Below, piece by piece: positions 38,745 to 49,213 of a stretch of DNA of 64,000 nucleotides; position 1 is the stretch's first letter, and each line of letters begins with the position of its first letter. Origin of the DNA: Candidatus Heimdallarchaeota archaeon (GTDB taxonomy: Archaea; Asgardarchaeota; Heimdallarchaeia; JABLTI01); NCBI GenBank assembly GCA_018238155.1, contig JABCTZ010000032.1:288001-352000 (forward strand), read 5' to 3'. A program made the translations under genes and the position numbers. The notes below the pieces were generated by a model. The model searched no databases, was not told where the DNA came from, and worked only from the letters and a program-made list of their open reading frames with translations.

Positions 38745-38814
38745 TGGCTCAGTTACCCCAGATTTCGATCATTGTCTGCACAGACTAGCGAGACCGTACG
38801 TCACATCATTGCCA
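38745..38814 (-). ncRNA. C/D-box sRNA (2'-O-methylation guide)
   Basis: TGGC/GCCA terminal stem, C box ATGATGT, D'-like CTAG, C'-like ATGATCG, D box CTGA, downstream T6. The D guide is antisense to the conserved 23S motif AGUUACCCCAG. Confidence 0.75.
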
Positions 38815-38897
38815 AATAAGACTATGGAAAAAGTAACTTAAGTATATTGTTTCAAGTCAAAAGTAATTTCCACTCTTTTAACAACAAATAATTTAAA

Positions 38898-39611
38898 ATG
38901 AGCATTGCTAAAGTTCTCATGTTGCAAATGACTCCTCCCAAAGAAAAATCGCAAGTATATCTGCCTATCTCAAAAGTGTATGATCAGATTGCTGAAAGTT
39001 TTGATACAAAAAGAAAACGACCGTGGGAAGAAGTTTGTGAGTTTATTGAGACAATAGATGAAAGTAATCTAGCATTAGATTTAGGTTGTGGGAACGGGCG
39101 TCATTCTAGATTATTATTGGAAAAAAATATTGATACAGTAAGTATGGATGTTTCATTTAATATTTTAAAAACGGCATTAGAAAATGAACTCTCTTCTGTA
39201 ACCCAACTTCTAGCTGGTGTAATTAATGCTGATGTAAATGACTTGCCATTTAAGGACGAATCTTTTGATCGAATAATTATGATTGCCGTTTTTCACCATT
39301 TGACTAACTTACAAGAAAGAAAACACGCTCTAAAAGAAATATCTCGAATAATGAAAAGAAAAGGACGCATACTGATAAGTTGTTGGCTTAGAACTCATCC
39401 TAGATTCGAAAAAGAAGATTTGAAGGAAATCATTGAACGAGGAGAAAAGGATGTCCTTGTCCCATGGACTATGCCTAATAAAACAAAAATAATGAGATAT
39501 TATTATCTATTCGAGGAAAAAGAATTGGAAGATTTGATCAAGAGTGCAAATTTAAGAATCATTTCAAATAGAGAATCTTTTCACAATTTATTCATAATAG
39601 CTGAAAAATGA
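38898..39611 (+). CDS. Class I SAM methyltransferase, Trm9/ALKBH8-like
   Basis: VYDQIA..F..R..PW, LDLGCGNGR, IAVFHHL, DVLVPW, RYYYLF; start may be at 38928. Confidence 0.8.
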   Translation: MSIAKVLMLQMTPPKEKSQVYLPISKVYDQIAESFDTKRKRPWEEVCEFIETIDESNLALDLGCGNGRHSRLLLEKNIDTVSMDVSFNILKTALENELSSVTQLLAGVINADVNDLPFKDESFDRIIMIAVFHHLTNLQERKHALKEISRIMKRKGRILISCWLRTHPRFEKEDLKEIIERGEKDVLVPWTMPNKTKIMRYYYLFEEKELEDLIKSANLRIISNRESFHNLFIIAEK

Positions 39612-39738
39612 GTTTTCTTTCAATTTTTTTTACCTAAAGACACACTCTTCTTAAGAAGAGTTTATTTTGAAGTAAGGTATAATATATTATTAGAATAACT
39701 AATAGAATATTATTCTAATTTATTGGTGGTACCACCCG

Positions 39739-40908
39739 ATGATTAAGAAGATAAAAAGACTCTACAGTCGACGAAAAGCAATAAGCCCTGTGATTGCAAC
39801 AATTTTATTAATAGCTCTTACTGTTGTAGCGGCAGCAATTGTTTATTTTGTTGTCGTTCCAATATTCAATACAACCAAATTAGATGCTACAGTAATGAAA
39901 ATTAAAGATACTGATCGGGATTCATTATTTAATCAAATCGAAATTCAATTCGTAAATACTGGAACCAAAAATATCAACATTACACAAGTGATTATTTGGA
40001 CTTGTGCTCAAACTGAGCTTGACGATGAAAATCTTTGGCTTGCTCATGAGGGATGGACGTTTGATTTTCCTGAAGACTCACTTATTCAACCATCTGAAAT
40101 TGATTCTGTGGTGCTAAGTGGAACCTCACAGATTGGTTTGTCTATTTATGAAATTACCTATTTTAGATTGGAAATTGACTATGCAGGGATGAAATATGCT
40201 TACATTACGGACTGGGTTAGAGTGAGTGATGACTATTTAGATTTAAGTGATTTACTTTCTGGTTTTGAAACTTTTAATTTAACTGCAGCAGGTTTTGGAG
40301 GAACAGTTGATGATGAAGATAACGACCCAAATAACTATTATACTGATGATTCTGGCGATTTCCAATTGGTTAATATGTCAATAAATCTCTTGCCAGTATT
40401 GAATGAAACAGAATATATTCCATTTTTAGTTACTAATGATATCGTTGTTTTTCCATCCGATCAAGCTAGCTTTGTTTATGATTCTCAGCAGAAAATAGAT
40501 TTCTCTTCAACACCTTTTAGAGCTAAAAAATTCTTCATCTTGGGATTAGCTGGATCGTGGGGAGATAATTTTCCTACTAATAGTTGGGCTCTGAATGTAA
40601 CTTTTGAATACACAGATGGAAGTTATGTTGATTTTCTCCTTGGTCATGAGTACATTGACGATTGGTATTATGCATCCAATTCGGATACATCACCTACTGG
40701 TTCTGCTGAATGTGTCTGTGCACCTTATGGTTTGATAACTGAATTAGATTTAGGATTGCAAATAGAAGGGAGCAGTTCAGGAGCACATCTTCATACCCAT
40801 TCAACTAGATTCTACTTTGATTACTTTAAGTACGTAAAATCAATCACTTTTACAGATCCAAATAATGATGACTCAGGTCCACACTTATTATCGCTAACCT
40901 TTGGTTAA
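39739..40908 (+). CDS. Type IV pilin-like protein (class III signal peptide) with a large C-terminal domain
   Basis: RRKA|ISPVIATILLIALTVVAAAIVY. Confidence 0.88.
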   Translation: MIKKIKRLYSRRKAISPVIATILLIALTVVAAAIVYFVVVPIFNTTKLDATVMKIKDTDRDSLFNQIEIQFVNTGTKNINITQVIIWTCAQTELDDENLWLAHEGWTFDFPEDSLIQPSEIDSVVLSGTSQIGLSIYEITYFRLEIDYAGMKYAYITDWVRVSDDYLDLSDLLSGFETFNLTAAGFGGTVDDEDNDPNNYYTDDSGDFQLVNMSINLLPVLNETEYIPFLVTNDIVVFPSDQASFVYDSQQKIDFSSTPFRAKKFFILGLAGSWGDNFPTNSWALNVTFEYTDGSYVDFLLGHEYIDDWYYASNSDTSPTGSAECVCAPYGLITELDLGLQIEGSSSGAHLHTHSTRFYFDYFKYVKSITFTDPNNDDSGPHLLSLTFG

Positions 40909-41067
40909 ATATCTATTTTGAGCTTGCCATTATTTGGAAAGTTCAGATATTTTCCTCTTTTTTTCTTACCTCAAGGCGAAAGGATTTATTTTAGTAGTAA
41001 ATATAATATTAGTGTAATCTATTTATGTATAAAGTATCATTTCCAACATTTAATGGTGAGCCACTTC

Positions 41068-42231
41068 ATGCTTAAAATAATGAAAAAAATTATTAGAAAA
41101 AGAAAAGCAATAAGTCCTGTAATTGCAACAATTTTGCTTATAGCTTTAACTGTGTCATCAATTGCGTTAGTCTATTTTGTTGCTATTCCTTATTTGAATA
41201 GCACACAGATTTTTGCTTTTGTGAAGAATGTTAGAGATACAAACAAAGATTCAAGATACGATGAAATTAAGATTATTGTTACAAATGGTGGAACAACTAA
41301 TATTGAGATAACTAGCATTTTCATTTGGTCTGTTCCAAAAGGTCTCCTTGAAGATCAAGATAAATGGGTTAGACATGAAGATTGGGCTTTAAAAAATCCA
41401 TCTGATAATCGGGTCGCTCCTTCAAGTCCAAAGGAAATGACTGTTGTTGGAACCGATCAAATTGAGCTGTCAATAGCAGAACAGACTTACTATAGGTTAG
41501 AAATCGAATATGCAGGACAAAAGTATGCCTATGTTAGCAATTGGAAATTACTAAATAAAGAAGCTGATCTCTCTGACCTGTTATCTGATTTCAAATCTTT
41601 TGATTTACAAACATGGGCTTTAGAAGGAGCAATTGATATTCATTGGCCTACAAATAATTATAACACTACAGGTGGCTCAGAATTTGGTCCTCTACTAGCA
41701 AATCAAACTATTTATTTACCAGTTATAAACGAAACAACATATGTACCATTTGCTATTACTGGTAAAGTAGTTATTTTTCATTCAATAATGGGTACTTTAA
41801 CCGATCAACCAACTATTCAACAAATCAATAGAACAAGCAATCCCTTCAAAGCTAAAAGATTCTTTATCTTAGGTTTAACAGGTTCATGGGGTGATAATTT
41901 TCCAGTAGGAGCAATTTCATTAACTCTAAATATCACATATACAGATGGTAGTTCTTCAATTTGGGAAATGGGTCATGATTATATTGATGATTGGTGGTAT
42001 AGTTCAAATGCAGATTCGCCTCCAGATTATATCTCGGGATGTATTGCTTCTCCACATGGTTTGGTAACAAATATTGATTTGGGTACACAAGTTGATACAC
42101 CTCATGCACATTTACATACTCATACTGCAGGATTTTATCTTGACTATTACAAATATATTCAATTTATTACCTTCGTAGACCCAGGAAATGATGAATCAGG
42201 TGCACATTTATTATCCATAACTGCCGGATAA
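41068..42231 (+). CDS. Type IV pilin-like protein, tandem paralog
   Basis: KRKA|ISPVIATILLIALTV; GGTGAG SD before ATG 41068. Confidence 0.88.
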   Translation: MLKIMKKIIRKRKAISPVIATILLIALTVSSIALVYFVAIPYLNSTQIFAFVKNVRDTNKDSRYDEIKIIVTNGGTTNIEITSIFIWSVPKGLLEDQDKWVRHEDWALKNPSDNRVAPSSPKEMTVVGTDQIELSIAEQTYYRLEIEYAGQKYAYVSNWKLLNKEADLSDLLSDFKSFDLQTWALEGAIDIHWPTNNYNTTGGSEFGPLLANQTIYLPVINETTYVPFAITGKVVIFHSIMGTLTDQPTIQQINRTSNPFKAKRFFILGLTGSWGDNFPVGAISLTLNITYTDGSSSIWEMGHDYIDDWWYSSNADSPPDYISGCIASPHGLVTNIDLGTQVDTPHAHLHTHTAGFYLDYYKYIQFITFVDPGNDESGAHLLSITAG

Positions 42232-42272
42232 AATAAGATTTTCAACAAAGATTTAGTTGTTAATCTTTCTCT

Positions 42273-43052
42273 TTATTTTTTGTTTTCTAATAAATAATCA
42301 AGATAACGAGGTTGCTTTTTGTTCATAATCTCTAGAACTTTGAGATCCACACTAATTGCATCATTTGAGAAGAGAATTTTACCCCATTGTATTGATTCCC
42401 CGTGTTCAGCTTCTCCTTGTAGAATGTTAAGTCCATCACAGATGTATAAATCAAAAGGAGCAAATTTCTGCACTGCTTGAAAGATTTCTGCAACAGATTT
42501 ATGTAAATCCTTGTGTAGTTTATCTCTTTTATGTGAATCTTCATTCAATTTGTACATTTTCTTTTGTGGTAGACCAAAGAAGTTCTTTATTGCATTTGAA
42601 AGGAAAGTATCTCCTTCATCATCGTCATAAAATTTGATTACAGGCATTGAAATTTTTAGATCCATTTGTTGTAAATATTTTGGGAGATAGTGTTTTACAC
42701 CTGAATTTAAGATTACTTCTGTATTCTCGTAAGTATCTATATCGATAAAATTCACATCATATTTTTCTAACGCTTCTACAAGACCTGTTATCTGAAAATT
42801 ATCTGTTGCAGATGATTTACTAGTTGATCCTTCTCCAATTATGATTTCTTCTGCATGAGCTTCTGCTAGAATTTCTACTGTACTAGTAATAATATCAATT
42901 GAGGTAGTAAATGGTGCTGGTTTTGGGTACCCCATATTTGGTTTGATAAAAACTCTCTGATTCGCTAATAGTTTTTTGTTATAATTTTCAGCAATCCAAT
43001 TTGAAAGTTTTTTTTGTAATTCTTTTGTGTTATTAAGTATATGAGTGATCAA
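42273..43052 (-). CDS. DUF362 domain protein
   Basis: VFIKPN, TTS, IIIGEG, ISMPVIK, AIKNFFG, ICDG. Confidence 0.8.
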   Translation of the reverse strand: MITHILNNTKELQKKLSNWIAENYNKKLLANQRVFIKPNMGYPKPAPFTTSIDIITSTVEILAEAHAEEIIIGEGSTSKSSATDNFQITGLVEALEKYDVNFIDIDTYENTEVILNSGVKHYLPKYLQQMDLKISMPVIKFYDDDEGDTFLSNAIKNFFGLPQKKMYKLNEDSHKRDKLHKDLHKSVAEIFQAVQKFAPFDLYICDGLNILQGEAEHGESIQWGKILFSNDAISVDLKVLEIMNKKQPRYLDYLLENKK

Positions 43053-43064
43053 TTTTCTATCACG

Positions 43065-44051
43065 CTATTTCAATTGCTTCTGGATTTCATAATCTAGCAA
43101 GTTAAGAAATTTATCCCAATGCTCGTACTTTATTGTTGCACCCGCAGCTGCGGGATGACCACCACCAGACCCTCGTACTTCTTTTGCAGCTTTCCTTGCA
43201 ACAAGATTAAGGTCAATATTTTCATCTCTACGCCTAATCGATATAGATATTTTTTTTCCTTTAGTATTTCCACAAACACCTACTGCTTTATCTTTAACAG
43301 AAGCAGCAAATAATGCTCCTTTTCCATTGAAACCCCCTCCTGTTGGAATATCTAAAATATAGCCCAAGTTCTTTTTATTTTCAGCCTGTTCGTGAACATA
43401 TTCTCTAACAGCTCTTTCAACAACCGAACCTCGTAATGCCCTTTCTACGAGATTGTTCAAATCGCTGGGTAACATCCCTAATGCTAACCTTTCAATAATA
43501 CTTCTTTTCATATTTAGATCATCAGAAGTCGGGATTTCACCTAATGCTTGCACAATTATTGCTGCTTGAAATGCGATGCTTCTCGCATCAAAATCACGTA
43601 ATACTTTTTTTGCAAAAGGTGTATCCATCGCGTAATCTCCAACGGCACCGATTGCTGCGAGGATTTTCTGTTCCCATCCTAATTTCTTCTCAAAATGGAG
43701 ATAAGCTAATTCTGCTGCACATCCATCCTCTCGATGGACTACTGTTGTAGCAGGAATATCATTTTGGTGCATTCCTTTAGGCAAAGGATGATGATCAATA
43801 TAGATAATTTCAACACCTAAATTTGTTAATCGTATCATTTCAGCAAAGATTTTTTTTAACGACCTATCATTTAATGCAATATCAGTAATGATTATTCGCT
43901 CTGGTTTATCTCGTATTCTTCTCAAATCATCATCTAAACTTATTGGATTAGTTAACCATATTCTTGAACCAGGAATTGCCGCTAATGCAATTGCTCCTGA
44001 TGTTATTCCATCACAATCACCATGACACATAATTATCGTTTGACCCATCAA
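43065..44051 (-). CDS. DHH/DHHA1 phosphoesterase
   Basis: HGDCDG, ITDI, YIDHH, GGGHPAAAG. Confidence 0.9.
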   Translation of the reverse strand: MMGQTIIMCHGDCDGITSGAIALAAIPGSRIWLTNPISLDDDLRRIRDKPERIIITDIALNDRSLKKIFAEMIRLTNLGVEIIYIDHHPLPKGMHQNDIPATTVVHREDGCAAELAYLHFEKKLGWEQKILAAIGAVGDYAMDTPFAKKVLRDFDARSIAFQAAIIVQALGEIPTSDDLNMKRSIIERLALGMLPSDLNNLVERALRGSVVERAVREYVHEQAENKKNLGYILDIPTGGGFNGKGALFAASVKDKAVGVCGNTKGKKISISIRRRDENIDLNLVARKAAKEVRGSGGGHPAAAGATIKYEHWDKFLNLLDYEIQKQLK

Positions 44052-44165
44052 TACAACACCTGATTGAACTTTATAAAGATAATTTTCTCTTATTTATTAT
44101 ATGAAACAATTATTTTAAATGAATGTATGGCACGTTAAAGTGAAAAAAACAGGAATGTTGTCTGT

Positions 44166-45077
44166 GTGTTAAAATTCATTGTTCATATTGGCTGGAAATT
44201 AAAACCAAAACCAAGTGCATTCATTCTTTATATTGAAGATGAAGAAAGCGGAAAAGAGCGAGTTTATGATCTTACTCCTGGAAATTATCTTAACATTCGA
44301 GTGAGTGCGCCCAAGAAAAAATTTTGTGTTGGTTTCAGTTCGACAAATGGTGAGCATCTTCCATGCCCAACCGGTGAATTAGTTGAGAACAACAGAATGC
44401 AATGTCAATCGTGTTCATTTAATGAATTTTACATTTGTCGTGCTATCTGTCAAGGAGATTTCTGTCATCCATCAAGCAATGAAGCTAAAGACCATTGTTG
44501 GAAAACAACCGCTTGTGTTTACTTGACCCATATTGCAGGTAAGATTAAAGTTGGTTCTTCAACTAGTCCTCTTAGACGTTGGTTAGGTCAAGGAAGTGAT
44601 GCTGGAATTTGTGTTGCTGAAGGGGTTGGTCTTGCTCCTCGAGCTTTAGAACATCAAATCGGTTTAAAATTATCTTTACCTTTAGCTGTTCGAATAACTC
44701 AAAAAATGAAATTCCTCGGAAAATCTATTGAAAAGAATAAAATTTATGAGGAACTGCTTATTGCAATTGATAGTATTTATAGTTCAATGAAATCTGAAAT
44801 TCTCCTACCTAGAGACAAGCTTGAAGAAATTACTTATCTCAATTCTTATCATGGAAACATACCTGAGATTAGTGCCCGACCTTTAGTTAAGAAAATAACC
44901 GATGATATTTTTGAGCTAAGTGGTGAAATTGTAGGGGTAAAAGGAACTATTCTTGTTCTAAAAAATGGCGCAACATACTATACAACAAACCTATCCTCTC
45001 TTATTGGATTATACGTTGATATTAGTGAGGAAAAATCGGAAATGAAAGGACAAAAAAGTTTATTCGATTTTGTTTAA
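44166..45077 (+). CDS. DUF2797 domain protein
   Basis: CVG..CP..QCQSC..C, VYL..KVG..RWLGQG, GEIVGVKG, QKSLF tail. Confidence 0.75.
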   Translation: MLKFIVHIGWKLKPKPSAFILYIEDEESGKERVYDLTPGNYLNIRVSAPKKKFCVGFSSTNGEHLPCPTGELVENNRMQCQSCSFNEFYICRAICQGDFCHPSSNEAKDHCWKTTACVYLTHIAGKIKVGSSTSPLRRWLGQGSDAGICVAEGVGLAPRALEHQIGLKLSLPLAVRITQKMKFLGKSIEKNKIYEELLIAIDSIYSSMKSEILLPRDKLEEITYLNSYHGNIPEISARPLVKKITDDIFELSGEIVGVKGTILVLKNGATYYTTNLSSLIGLYVDISEEKSEMKGQKSLFDFV

Positions 45078-45659
45078 CTGAGTTGACTTTTTCATCCTTT
45101 CCTTTCTTTTTCCGATTATCGATAAAGTTGTTGCAAACCCTAATATCACCATTGTTAGCAATATTCCTACAAACAAAATATAAACTAACGGTGTTTTCAT
45201 ACTAAAAGTCAATTTTGAAGATGATCTTGTATGCATCCAATGAATAAATGAAAAAACACTAAAAAGTAATAATGAATTGAACAAAAAAGTTGGAATAATA
45301 AAGATGTCAAGAAAATTCTTTTTCGTTAATTTTTTGCTGAAAATTACTGTTGATATCTGTGTAATTGATAATGCTATAAGTAAAATAATACTTATTACAA
45401 ATATATTATGAGCGTCTATAGCTTGTGTTTCGCTAACACCGGAAGAAGTTAAGTCTCCTGATGGTAAAATGAATTCTTGAAAGTTGCCATTCCAATAAAA
45501 ATATGACATTATTTGTGTTTCAGAATCATATGATCTAAAAATAGGTAAAACAAAATACAGTATTACCATAACAAAATAGCTGATTAATGTCAAAAAACTG
45601 TATATTGAAAAAGGATCTTTAAGTCTATCAATAATTGTGGTTTCACTTTTTTTAGTCAT
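45060..45659 (-). CDS. Hypothetical multi-TM membrane protein
   Basis: About four hydrophobic helices. Confidence 0.7.
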   Translation of the reverse strand: MTKKSETTIIDRLKDPFSIYSFLTLISYFVMVILYFVLPIFRSYDSETQIMSYFYWNGNFQEFILPSGDLTSSGVSETQAIDAHNIFVISIILLIALSITQISTVIFSKKLTKKNFLDIFIIPTFLFNSLLLFSVFSFIHWMHTRSSSKLTFSMKTPLVYILFVGILLTMVILGFATTLSIIGKRKERMKKSTQLNKIE

Positions 45660-45667
45660 TCTTTTTT

Positions 45668-46153
45668 CTACTCCTGTTCTTTCATATCCTCTTTCTTGCT
45701 CTTCTTTGATTTATAATGAACTAAAAATGTTGGAACAAATATCAAGCATAAAGAGAAAATCAAAGAAATAACAACAAAAATTAGATTTACTCCTTCAAGA
45801 TTTGCAATTGCTAAACCGATTATTATTTCGATAGTTGGAATTACTCCAATAATAATTGAACCCAGAACTGCCCATAAGTAATTGTTTTCGTAAACTATAG
45901 TTATAATAATTCCAGAAATAATTACTATCATAATTATTCCCACATAGAGTACTATACTGACAAAATTATAGTAAGTTGTCAATATTGAAGCAATGATATT
46001 CAAAACGGCATACATTGAAATTAGTATTGACAAAATTACTTTGCGTTGCCTTAAATAATAGGTGCAAAATTCCTTTCGTTTTTTAATTCTAAATTTCTTT
46101 TTGGTTTCAATCTCGCTTTCACCTATTTGATTTGTCATCTTACGTTGCTCCAA
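45668..46153 (-). CDS. Hypothetical 4-TM membrane protein
   Basis: Four hydrophobic helices with basic termini. Confidence 0.7.
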   Translation of the reverse strand: MEQRKMTNQIGESEIETKKKFRIKKRKEFCTYYLRQRKVILSILISMYAVLNIIASILTTYYNFVSIVLYVGIIMIVIISGIIITIVYENNYLWAVLGSIIIGVIPTIEIIIGLAIANLEGVNLIFVVISLIFSLCLIFVPTFLVHYKSKKSKKEDMKEQE

Positions 46154-46334
46154 TTACAAGTATTATATTTCCTATTTCTTTTAAAATTTGCTTGTTCTCT
46201 TGTGATATTCAACAAAGACTATTCGCAATGAACATAAAACTTTTGTAATTTACTTTTGGTCATCTCTCTGTAGAATACTTTAAACTAAAGTTCAATCACA
46301 GAATTCAAGACTAATACATTTAGGAACCAGAATA

Positions 46335-48800
46335 ATGAGTGAAAAGAAATTCGTAGAACATAAATATTTGAAACCCGGCACCATTGAAGCTCGTATTTAC
46401 CAACAAACTATTTTTGCAAGTAGTCTCTCTAATAATACTCTCGTTGTTCTACCAACAGGATTAGGAAAAACGATTATTCTTGCTTTACTAACTGCGAGAA
46501 GAATGGAACAATATCCTGATTCTTTTATTCTTATTATGGCTCCAACGAAACCTTTAGTTGAACAGCATCTCAAAACCTTTCAGAAAGTCTTCAATATTAT
46601 AGAGGAAGAAATTGTGATGCTTTCTGGATCTACTTCTCCTGAAAAACGAAGAAAAATTTGGAAACAAGGACAAATAATAATTGCTACACCTCAAGTAGTT
46701 GAGAATGATTTATTGGGTGAACGTTTGAATTTGTCTAGATGTTCATTGCTGGGAGTTGATGAAGCCCATCGGGCAGTTGGAGGATATGCTTATGTTTACG
46801 TTGCAAAACAATATATGCGAAAGGCAAAAAATAAGCTTATTTTTGCTATTACTGCTTCTCCTGGTTCTGATAAAGAAAAAATCAATCATGTTTGTGAAAA
46901 TCTTTCAATAAGAAATATTGAAACACGATTAGACACATCAAAAGATGTTCAACCATATGTTCAAAAAACTGATGTGGATTGGATTCACGTTGAACTCCCA
47001 GCCAAGTTTTTAAGAGTCAAATCACTTCTTGAAGGCTCTCTTTCAAGAAAGCTAAAGGAATTGAAACGTTTAGGTTGGATAAAATCAGCAGGAGTAAACA
47101 TTAAACGTCGTGATTTACTTCAACTTCCACCTGTTATTACAAAACAGTTTGACCAGACTGAAAACCCTTCTGAACTTTATTTAGCACTAGGTCTAGTTGG
47201 TTCTTCTATTAGATTAACTCATGCTTTAGAATTGTTGGAAACACAGGGTATTAGCTCTTTACTCAAATATTTCGATAAAATGAGAAAGGAATCTAAAGGA
47301 TCAAAAGCAACCCGTACTCTGATAAATTTAATCAATGAAGATGCGATGGTCGTTGCATATGATGTATCACATCAAATTAGGGAGGAAGGGTTAGAGCATC
47401 CTAAAATACCTGAATTGGAAAAAATCATTCAAGAATCTATTTCTACAAGTCCCGGTTCGAGAATATTGGTTTTCACTCAATATAGAAATTCTGCAAAATT
47501 ACTGGCAGACACTTTGAATGGGTTGAAAGGTATTCGTGCTTCTAGATTTGTTGGACAAGCTTCAAAATCAGGCGATAAAGGCTTTTCTCAGAAGAAGCAA
47601 CTGGAGATTATGCAGCAATTTCGTGATGGTGATTTAAATTGCTTAGTTGCAACTAGTGTTGGTGAAGAAGGTTTAGATGTGTCAGAATGTGATTTAGTTA
47701 CTTTTTATGACTGTGTACCTTCAGCAATCAGAAATATTCAACGTAGAGGAAGAACTGGTAGGAACAGAGCTGGAAGAGTTGTTGTGTTAATAACGAAAGG
47801 CACTCGAGATGAAGGATATTTTTGGGCTGCACGACATAAAGAAAGACAAATGAAAAGAAATCTTAGAGATTTAGAAAAATTACGTAAACCTCAAATTGAT
47901 CTACAGCAAAGAACCATGGAGGATTTCTTTGCAGCTGCATCTTCTTCTGATGAAAAACCAATAGAGGAAGACAAAGTAGTAGTTGAAGAAGGACTTGATG
48001 ATCTTTCAATTTTCTCAGATGAAGCATTATGCATATTGGAGAATGATGTTGAAACAAGTAAAGTATCTGAAACAATTGAGCCCACAAAAAATGAGCTCTC
48101 AGCTTTGGAAGATTTTAAAACACTCTCTGATGATACAACAACAAAAGGACAAGAAATCAAAATATTTGTTGACACTCGAGAGTCAAAATCGGGCATTGCA
48201 AAGGAATTAATCGAACTTGGAGTCAAAATAGATCTACAACAACTTGAGATAGCTGATTATATTCTAAGCTCTCGTGTTGGTGTCGAAAGAAAAGATGTGG
48301 CAGATTTGAGTCAAAGTATTATTGATGGTCGTCTCTTCCCTCAATTAATTGCTCTCAAAAGAAATTATGAAAAACCAATTCTAATAATTGAAGGAGATAC
48401 ATTGTACGGTCATAGAGCCTTAAATCCTGAAGCAATTAGAGGTGCAATTTCATCTATAGTAGTTAATTATGATATTGGTTTAATTTGGAGTCGAAACCCT
48501 AAGGATACTGCAAGATTTTTACGAAATATTGCTAAAAGAGAACAAATTCACTCTGATAAAACTCCTTTAATTCGAACTGAAAAAGCACCTACAGATCCTG
48601 CTGAATTGTTAGAGTTCATCGTTGCTGGTTTCCCAAAAATAAATACTGTTCTAGCTAGACGCATATTGAATAAATTTGCTTCTCTGGAAAATTTCTTCAA
48701 TGCTTCAGCTGAAGAGCTTCAAGAGCTTAAAGGAATTGGAAAGAAAATGTCTAATGAAATACTCGAGATAATAAAAATGAAATACCAACCAGAAGATTGA
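46335..48800 (+). CDS. hef: Hef helicase/ERCC4 nuclease (FANCM homolog)
   Basis: PTGLGKT, DEAH, TASPG, QRRGRTGR, VDTRE, ERKDVAD, HhH. Confidence 0.96.
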   Translation: MSEKKFVEHKYLKPGTIEARIYQQTIFASSLSNNTLVVLPTGLGKTIILALLTARRMEQYPDSFILIMAPTKPLVEQHLKTFQKVFNIIEEEIVMLSGSTSPEKRRKIWKQGQIIIATPQVVENDLLGERLNLSRCSLLGVDEAHRAVGGYAYVYVAKQYMRKAKNKLIFAITASPGSDKEKINHVCENLSIRNIETRLDTSKDVQPYVQKTDVDWIHVELPAKFLRVKSLLEGSLSRKLKELKRLGWIKSAGVNIKRRDLLQLPPVITKQFDQTENPSELYLALGLVGSSIRLTHALELLETQGISSLLKYFDKMRKESKGSKATRTLINLINEDAMVVAYDVSHQIREEGLEHPKIPELEKIIQESISTSPGSRILVFTQYRNSAKLLADTLNGLKGIRASRFVGQASKSGDKGFSQKKQLEIMQQFRDGDLNCLVATSVGEEGLDVSECDLVTFYDCVPSAIRNIQRRGRTGRNRAGRVVVLITKGTRDEGYFWAARHKERQMKRNLRDLEKLRKPQIDLQQRTMEDFFAAASSSDEKPIEEDKVVVEEGLDDLSIFSDEALCILENDVETSKVSETIEPTKNELSALEDFKTLSDDTTTKGQEIKIFVDTRESKSGIAKELIELGVKIDLQQLEIADYILSSRVGVERKDVADLSQSIIDGRLFPQLIALKRNYEKPILIIEGDTLYGHRALNPEAIRGAISSIVVNYDIGLIWSRNPKDTARFLRNIAKREQIHSDKTPLIRTEKAPTDPAELLEFIVAGFPKINTVLARRILNKFASLENFFNASAEELQELKGIGKKMSNEILEIIKMKYQPED

Positions 48801-48814
48801 TCTTTCATTTCTTT

Positions 48815-49198
48815 CTATTCATTTCTCATTTTTGTTAATGTTGAATGTAATTTTTCGATCGCATCTGAAAGTTTGATTATTTCATCTGGGTCATCTGTTT
48901 CTTCTAGCTTTTTTCTAAGTGTTTCAATCTTCTTATTGATAGTTTGGTGGACCTTCGATTCATTCGAATCGAATTCGGATGAAGACTGCTTATGAAGAGC
49001 CTTTTGAATTTCTTTAGGTAATTCGCTTTCATCTTTGTATATCATCACTTCTTTATTACAAACTTTACAGTAGATTTTGTCATTGATTTTTATCAAGGGG
49101 GAATCACACACAGGGCAAGCAGTACTTAGTAAAGTGCCACCAGCACGTAATGCTTCTGCAATTGCTTTAATTCCTTCATCAGTTGTTTTGTTTGACAT
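48815..49198 (-). CDS. Autoantigen p27 (SSSCA1)/UPF0148 Zn-ribbon protein
   Basis: LRAGGTLLSTACPVCDSPL..YCKVC. Confidence 0.85.
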   Translation of the reverse strand: MSNKTTDEGIKAIAEALRAGGTLLSTACPVCDSPLIKINDKIYCKVCNKEVMIYKDESELPKEIQKALHKQSSSEFDSNESKVHQTINKKIETLRKKLEETDDPDEIIKLSDAIEKLHSTLTKMRNE

Positions 49199-49213
49199 TT
49201 CATTTACACCTTT

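Noticed and set aside
40918-41067. 50-aa N-terminal extension of the second pilin
   Set aside because: The SD and class III signal peptide indicate a start at 41068; the extension is intergenic read-through.
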